A stretch of 64,000 nucleotides of DNA from Octopus vulgaris (lineage: Eukaryota), in the NCBI GenBank assembly GCA_951406725.2, contig OX597823.1, positions 85,746,001 through 85,810,000 on the forward strand, in the 5' to 3' direction. A program made the position numbers and the translations under genes. Below are positions 55,898 through 64,000 of this stretch, piece by piece (the stretch's first letter is position 1; each line of letters opens with the position of its first letter). Below the pieces are notes generated by a model that worked only from the letters and a program-made list of their open reading frames with translations, did no database searches and had not been told where the DNA came from.

Positions 55898-56330
55898 GTA
55901 TTTAGAATCTACCACATGCTCTTATTGTGTTAGCGAAATATCTAAATTTTACAATAGCATCATATCTCTTTTTTGCTGTGTTACATTCATTTGTCGGCAC
56001 TTGCAAATATAGAATGATTTTCTTCAATGCAAATATATTATACAGCTGATTACTGTCTATCTTCTTAAAATATCAAAGGACCCGCCAGACTATGTAGTTC
56101 TCTACTCATAAAATAACAAAGAAATCAGTAGATTACATAGTTTTGTAGCTACGAAATGAAAAGGCGCACTCATCAGTGTAAGGTTAAGAAGCGTACTTTT
56201 GAAAGACGTCGTTTGGTTACAGAGCTACTGCGCGACACTTGAAGCAAGTATCTTCTGATATAGAATATAGCCCCGGGATAAAGGCTGACTTCTTAGTGAA
56301 TATAGGAGAGAGAAACTGTGTGGAAGCCCC

Positions 56331-56640
<310 letters not shown>

Positions 56641-57112
56641 TAATAAATAAAATATATGTATACATACAAACATATATGTACGTACCGACATCTACATGTA
56701 TATATACATGCATATATAAATATATATACGTACAGGACATCACAGGAAGACGAAAAAATCAACAGAACGAAAACGGAGAAGACATTTTGTTACAACAGAA
56801 GGACATATATATAATACAAAATTGGACAAGAATGAAAAACATCCGGACAGCTAGGTGATACAAAAATGGGACAAGAAAACATCCAGATGGACGATACAAA
56901 GAAAACAGGGACGGTTCATTCGAAGTTTTCTTTTCTCAGTCAAGCACCTGATTATCCTCGCGATTTCGGCTGATTATACTTGAGATTGCTCCAATCTGGC
57001 CAGCCTAAATGGTCTGAAAGCTTTCACACCCTTGGACATTTTATCTCATTCTGTTAATATATTTACATATATCTATCTATCTATCTATATATATATATAT
57101 ATTTATAAATTA

Positions 57113-57403
57113 AGGTATCTACAAGATACCACCATGCTGAAAATAGCAGCCATGATCTGACTCTAAAACCACTTTACTTGTCCATATCGCAACACGGATA
57201 GAAAACAAAGAGACAAGATAAAACTAATAAAAAATTTACTGGATAATTCTAGATCCCGGATTTCTGACTTTGCATTTAGGAATGCTTTGCCTCGTCAGTA
57301 GAATACACACAGAGAAGAAAAATTAATACATATTTATATAAACATAACAAACGAATACTTACATATACGAACGTATATATACATATATATGCACGTATGC
57401 ATC
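57113..57403 (-). mobile_element. PLE terminal-repeat-like element with a hammerhead, copy 2
   Basis: Homologous to 47262-47546 and flanked by (TA)n. Confidence 0.8.
57246..57304 (-). ncRNA. Type I hammerhead ribozyme motif
   Basis: ATTCTA-CTGACGA-GGC-AAA-GCATT-CCTA-AATGC-AAA-GTC-A-GAAA-TC-CGG-GA-TC-TAGAAT. Stem I is 6 bp, the core is intact, stem III is 3 bp and the site is AUC. Confidence 0.78.
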
Positions 57404-57684
57404 ATATATATTAATAGAATGAGATAAAAAGTCTAAGGCTGTGAAAGCTTTCAGACCATTTATAAAGAGAAGGTCTTACAGCTGTTTCCGAGATATTTTA
57501 TATATCCATATAAAATATCCCGGAAAAAGCTTTTTACATGCTTCGGTTCTTCTTGAAAAAAACGAACCTTATCAAAAAAAAACCCGAAACATGTAAAATC
57601 TCTAAGAAAATTCAAACTTATCCTATATAGTGGCGTTTTCAAACTTCTTTTTTATAAATATATACCCACTCGTATGCCACCTAC

Positions 57685-57726
<42 letters not shown>

Positions 57727-57750
57727 TTCATAATATACTATCTAGACATA

Positions 57751-58148
57751 TCTTTATATATAAAAGTGAAGTTGTGTGTCTGTCTCCTACGATTTAGATT
57801 CCTAACTACTCCCACATTTTGCGGTGCAGTTTAACCAAAACCGGGTATCTTATAGTCGTGATTCATATCGAGCCCTTCTGGGTATTAGTGCGCGTCTACG
57901 ATGAGTCTACGATTTAAAAAAAAATTTGCCATCATTTTTTCCCATTTTAATGTATTTTTTCGCTATTATATAAGGGAAGTAACTCTCTAAAAATGTCTAC
58001 GATGAGTCAAAGATTTTTTTTAAAAATTACCATCAATTTTTCCCCATTTTTTATGCATTTTTTTGCTATTTTTTGGCTATAACTCTCTAAAAATGCTTAT
58101 ATAGTTATTTCCCTTACAAACCCGAGCAAGGCCGGGCGATACTGCTAG
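57751..58148 (+). mobile_element. Non-autonomous Helitron
   Basis: 5' end A|TCTTTATATATAAAAG; subterminal hairpin CCCGAGCAAGGCCGGG; 3' end CTAG|T; no TSD; internal ~90-bp imperfect duplication. Confidence 0.85.
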
Positions 58149-58761
58149 TTTCACATATTTATGCAATTCTTCTTTATCTTTCCCTCCTAATTTATACACC
58201 ATCAATACTGTCAAAAGTTTCAATATATCTCATGTTGTGTACACAACACTATCTACATTTTTTATAAACCGTTCGCTCACATTTGAAATGTTTATGCTTC
58301 TCCTCATCATCAACTCCTCTTACTACCATACCCATTAGTTAAAAAAAGTTCCGCCTAGAAGACCAATCAGTTATTATTTGTTGCTGCCGATGCTCGAAAT
58401 GCAACAGAAGGTCACCTTGGTATTTTGGCAATTGTATAGCTTATGCAGTTTGCTGTTGACGAAGAACAATCTATGAACGAATGAGAGACAAAAATTTATA
58501 ACGTTTCTGAAATGTCATCAGATTCACATAAATGGCTGCCATTTTTCATTTAACCACAACGTAATTTTCATACACAGAATGATGTTCCAGACTCTGTATT
58601 TCATTTTCTAATTTCTGTGTACGTTGTCACTTTGTCTGCTAGAAATATCAGCAAAATGTTCTAGAAACCAGGCACATATGGTCGTTTAAAAACATGAAAG
58701 ACACACCAGGAAATATTGTCTGGGATGTTCTATATCTAGAAAGAAGCAGATGGAATGATAT

Positions 58762-59104
58762 GATTATATCGACCCCAGCAACTGGTACTTATTTAATCGA
58801 AACCGAAACGATTAAAAGGCAAAGTCGACCTCAGCGGAATTTGAACTCAGAATTTAACGGCAGACGAAATACCTATTTCTTTACTACCCACAAGGGGCTA
58901 AACACAGAGGGGATAAACAAGGACAGACAAAGGGATTAAGTCGATTACATCGACCCCAGTGCGTAACTGGTACTTAATTTATCGACCCCGAAAAGATGAA
59001 AGGCAAAGTCGACCCCGGCGGAATTTGAACTCAGAACGTAACGGCAGACAAAATACCGCGAAGCATTTCGCCCGGCGTGCTAACGTTTCTGCCAGCTCGT
59101 CGCC
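58762..59104 (-). mobile_element. SINE family A, dimer
   Basis: Head at 59104; standard junction near 58872. Confidence 0.9.
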
Positions 59105-59595
59105 TTACTTCGCTTATATTCCCTAATTAACTTATAAAGTCCATCAAAATATTATCTGTTTGGAACTCTTCATTTGCTTCCAAAGACGTTTTGAAGCAAT
59201 TTTCTATTTATATGAGTCATCTTCAGTCGTCAGTGTGTAATAAACACATCCTGTCAGCGTTACGTTGAGGGTGGTGTATTCTAAATCCAGTTCTATATTC
59301 GTGTAATTTACTTTTTATATCCAATTTTCCGAGCTCGTTTAATTATTAGGCATACATGTAAAAACACACACATGCAGCCACACACTCTCATTTACAAACA
59401 CAAACGCGCGCTCACACATACATACACACATACACGCTGGCATGTGTGTGTGTGTGTGTGTGTAAATAGAAAATGTTAATAAATGGGATCATTAGTATGT
59501 CTATGCTAATTATTTTGGTTCATTGATGCGATTTATTCTGCAAAGAATACTTACACTATTCGAATGCTATTGTTTTTATACGTACATACAAGCTT

Positions 59596-59596
59596 G

Positions 59597-59669
<73 letters not shown>

Positions 59670-59717
59670 ATATATGTATATATATATACATATATATATA
59701 TGTATATACATATCTAC

Positions 59718-59809
<92 letters not shown>

Positions 59810-59840
59810 GTAATATATTTATATATCTTATATATATATC
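59596..59840. repeat. (TA)n microsatellite
   Basis: Read directly from the sequence. Confidence 0.95.
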
Positions 59841-59978
59841 AATATAGATAAGATAGAAAGAGAGAGAGATAGATAAACATGTAAATGAAAGAAAACTTTA
59901 GTTATATATTATGAATAAATAAATAAATATATATGTAGATAGATACACACGCACACACTGATACACACACCTATGTAT

Positions 59979-60030
<52 letters not shown>

Positions 60031-60603
60031 GGATATATATATATATGCGTGTGTATACATGTATATGTGTGTATGTATATATATATATATATATGTATTT
60101 ATGTATGTGTATATGTTTGAGTACGCGCACGTGTGTGCGCGTGTGGGTGTGCTTGTGCTTGTGTGTGCGCGTGTGTAATATTTTCTTCCATTTGTACACG
60201 TTGTATTGCATGCATGCCATCGTTTGTTCAGCCGTGTTTCTTTATCTTTTCCCATTCTGGCTCTCTCTCTCTAATTCTTTGGTTTCAGAATCTTCGTTTA
60301 TTGCAATAATTGTCTATTTTGATATTCATTATTTCAGATAAAATTTACTATTTTTTAAAGATGTTTACAGCAAAGTCTCAACTTGATTGTCATCTGATTC
60401 TCTAGCTTACAATTGTCTCTTATAATTGCATACAACCTTCTACGCTTGACTAATTTAGAGACAAACAGACAGAGACAGTGAATGAGAGAGAAAGAGAGAG
60501 TGAGGTATTAACACATACATAATAACATAACGTGAAGCTCACTTGCATAAACAGAGATACAGGTGAAAAAGATCTGTGTCGGATTTGTTTAAATATTCCT
60601 TGT

Positions 60604-60759
60604 GGGAGTGGCTGTGTGGTAAGTAGCTTGCTTACCAACCACATGTTTCCGGGTTCAGTTCCACTGCGTGGCACCTTGGGCAAGTGTCTTCTACTATAGC
60701 CTCGGGCCGACCAAAGTCTTGTGGGTGTATTTGATAGACGGAAACTCAAAAAAAGCCCG

Positions 60760-60854
<95 letters not shown>

Positions 60855-61064
60855 TGCATCTGTGTTTGTACCCCCAACATCGCTTGACAACCGATGCTGG
60901 TGTGTTTACGTCCCCGTCACTTAGCGGTTCGGCAAAAGAGACCTATATAATAAGTACTAGACTGACAAAGAATAAGTTCCGGGGTCGATTTGCTCGACTA
61001 AAGGTGGTGCTCCAGCATGGCCACAGTTAAATGACTGAAACAATTAAAAGAGTAAAAGAGTAAA
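60604..61064 (+). mobile_element. SINE family B, near full length
   Basis: GGAGTGGCTGTGTGGTAAG head, internal (TA)n(TG)n and (TAAAAGAG)n tail. Confidence 0.92.
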
Positions 61065-61471
61065 GGAGGGCTGTTATCTTTTTTACTCCCAAATTAACAT
61101 GATTCAGCAGACGGATATTCGAAAAGGCTTTCCAATCGTGACCATCCGTTATCTTTCCAGGTACAGTAAATTCTGTTACTTTAAAGGAAATATTTAGCTT
61201 TTCAGAAGCCTCGATCAGGGTTCCCCAGTTTATCCACTTCGAATTTTGTGACCCAGGCTGAAGCAGAAATTAGAAAAATCCATATTCATAATAAAGTCTA
61301 TAGTAAATGGTCAGCGGGATCAATAGGCATCATAACTTTATTCACAATTTTTGACCAATGGGCCAATATATTTATAATTTATAACAACTACATTAAAAGT
61401 AAACGAAGGTAACGATGTGAGGTGATACCAAAGTTCGTGAGTAAATACTTGTAGGAAAATACATTCACATG

Positions 61472-61580
<109 letters not shown>

Positions 61581-61584
61581 TACA

Positions 61585-61620
<36 letters not shown>

Positions 61621-61899
61621 TATTTATATATGATTTTCTTGGGAAGGCATATGCCTAATAGAAAGCTTGCACAGTTTCAGCTGCAAAACCTTTCAATATC
61701 ATTTGTATATCTTCAGAGTCCTGTCGGAAAACCATGAAAATAAATTTGGAGACGAAGAAAAAGTTAATAACTTCCTTTTAGCTCACAATTTATAGACAAA
61801 CGGAAGGTGAAGGAGGCCATATTTTAAAGTCTATGGTCTCATAAACTTCATTTTTCTTTTGTTGAGATGACAAAAGATAATGTAGGATGCATTGATTTT

Positions 61900-62160
61900 A
61901 TTAATAAGTATCTTTGTTAATTAAAAGCCAAGTCGGGCTCCAAATGTAAATGCATGCTAACGATACATATTTTACAGAATAATTTAAAATCAAACGGTAA
62001 GAACGATATTCTGGTTAAATTATTTGAGATGGTGGGCCGTCTAATAATTGCTGCAGAATTGAGCCTTAATATTTGACGACCATCGCCTAGATATTGAGTG
62101 GGAAATATCTATTGGTTGTAGATCCGGTTGTTTAGGTCCAGATCATTTTTATGCAGTACA
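61900..62160 (-). pseudogene. Possible Tc1/mariner transposase remnant
   Basis: Minus-strand translation GPKQPDLQPIDIS resembles WPxxSPDLNPIE/D. The downstream HAFTFGARL resembles C..F..RL. Many stops. Confidence 0.3.
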
Positions 62161-62791
62161 CCTGTAGACAAAGACATTCAACCCATTTCACTCCCTTGCC
62201 AGAAGGGGTATGTAGAAACACATTGCTTAATTTGTTCTTTATCCCAGACGGCATGATAGGGAAATGTTGTGTTCGTATTTCTGGGAAATCTACCAGCCTT
62301 GTGGGGTATTCTTCTTGGTGACTGCTGTAGAAGCAATAGAGTTAGTGGTGATGGTAAATGCAGCTGTTGTTGTTCCTCTTACTATTGTGGTTGTGGTGAT
62401 GTCTTATGTGAACAAATATTACTTGAATAATGAAGATTTTGTGCTTTGCAACATCCATTTTACTTCCATATAAAAAAGGAACATTTTCCTAGATATACGT
62501 AGAGCATATCACAGAGTACGACTGTCAATGTGTTTCTATAGTGTTCGTTTTCCTTTTATATGTTAAATTAAAAGAAGCCCGGTTCTGTGTGTGTGTGCGC
62601 TTGAAACGGCCGTAAGGTATTTACACCTGTACATCTTTGTTATTTATTAACATTCTCTCTTTATATAATATGTATATGTGTGTATATATACGTATGTATG
62701 TGTGTTTATATGCGTATGCATATGTGTAATATATATGTATATATGTATACATATATATGAATACATATATATGTGTATATATATAAAGGTG

Positions 62792-62822
<31 letters not shown>

Positions 62823-62865
62823 GCGTGTGTGAGTGCATGTGTGGAGGGGGCTCTCTATCTGTCTG

Positions 62866-63172
62866 TCGGTTACGACGACGTTTATTCCAGTTGATCTGAG
62901 CAACGGAACAGCGTGCTCGTAAAATTAGCATGCAAGTGGCTGAGTATCTCACTGATAGACGCACTCTTAACGTAGTTATCAAGGAGATTCAGCGTGCCAC
63001 AGATTGTAACAGGGATGGCCCCATTCAAATACAAGGACAGCTCATTTTTGCCACTTGAGTGGACCGGAGCAACTTGAAATAAACTGTCTTGCCGCAGGAC
63101 ACAAGGCGCTGTCAGGAATCGAACTCACAACATTACGATCGTAAGCCGAATGCCCTAACCTTTAAACCTTCA
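62866..63172 (-). mobile_element. Degenerate SINE, head D with tail type i
   Basis: GTCGGTTACGACGA..CAACGGAACAGC.TGCTCGTAAAATTA..GAGTGGACCGGAGCAAC.TGAAATAAA. Confidence 0.8.
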
Positions 63173-63249
63173 CGAATATATATGTAAATGTGTGTGTGTG
63201 AGTGTATGTGTGTGCGCGTGCGTATGTATGTATATGTGTGAATATATAG

Positions 63250-63352
<103 letters not shown>

Positions 63353-63807
63353 GTAAAAATAAGACATACTTATCTACATGGCCGAAACAACTGTAAGATG
63401 TAATCTATACTTATATTTATATTCTCTTTTTTATATGTATTATTATACAACATTACTCTTTTGCGTACACTTTTTTATGTACATTCCTTTATGTACACTG
63501 ATTTGTTCTGCTTTTTTATGTTTAACCATACAGTCTCTTAAGTGGTGGTTTAATAAAGTATGTGATTGGGTATTATCTGGTAATTGATATTTGATTTAGA
63601 TGTATTTCTCCATTTTCTTATCTTGTATTAGTAATTTGTGGTAAATCATTTTACCTTTGCCCATATAATACAGTAAATGAATTGATTGCATCGCAATCCT
63701 TAACATTCATGTATTAACTTTGATGGGTACCTCCCTAACAGTATATTGGATATATGTTATCCCATGGAGGGTTGCATTTACAACCCCTATCTCAATTTGT
63801 ATATATG

Positions 63808-63861
<54 letters not shown>

Positions 63862-63937
63862 TATATATATGTATATATATAGATATATATATATGTGTAT
63901 GTGTTTGTGTGTATATATATGTATATATGTATGTGTA

Positions 63938-63987
<50 letters not shown>

Positions 63988-63991
<4 letters not shown>

Positions 63992-64000
63992 CGCAGGAGT
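63988..64000 (+). mobile_element. Start of a SINE family B copy, cut by the window edge
   Basis: TAGGCGCAGGAGT is identical to the family B 5' end at 55769 (minus strand). Confidence 0.6.

Noticed and set aside
56955-57006. Stem plus GAAA on the minus strand resembling half a hammerhead
   Set aside because: No core and no valid NUH cleavage site are visible.

Overview
AT-rich eukaryotic non-coding DNA with no supportable host protein-coding exon. Its SINE and microsatellite content resembles what I recall of octopus (cephalopod) genomes; this is an inference, not a database match. Nearly all long ORFs in the track are microsatellite artefacts. The window is a mosaic of: (1) long (TA)n, (TG)n, (GA)n and (GATA)n tracts; (2) many tRNA-derived SINE copies of four head types, one forming ~183-bp multimers, one carrying an internal microsatellite, and two swapping 3' modules; (3) Penelope-like element (PLE) remnants, namely two decayed GIY-YIG endonuclease regions and several short (TA)n-embedded segments with type I hammerhead ribozyme motifs, one pair showing a compensatory stem change; (4) DNA-transposon derivatives, namely two inverted telomere-repeat MITEs with 8-bp TSDs, a mariner deletion derivative, a fold-back MITE, hAT ends and a non-autonomous Helitron; (5) a divergent but structurally compensated 5S rRNA copy; (6) LINE 3' ends and local duplications. 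The best leads are the hammerhead-bearing microsatellite-embedded elements, the fixed-junction SINE multimers, the compensated 5S variant and the inverted MITE pair. Coordinates were counted by hand and may be a few bases off.
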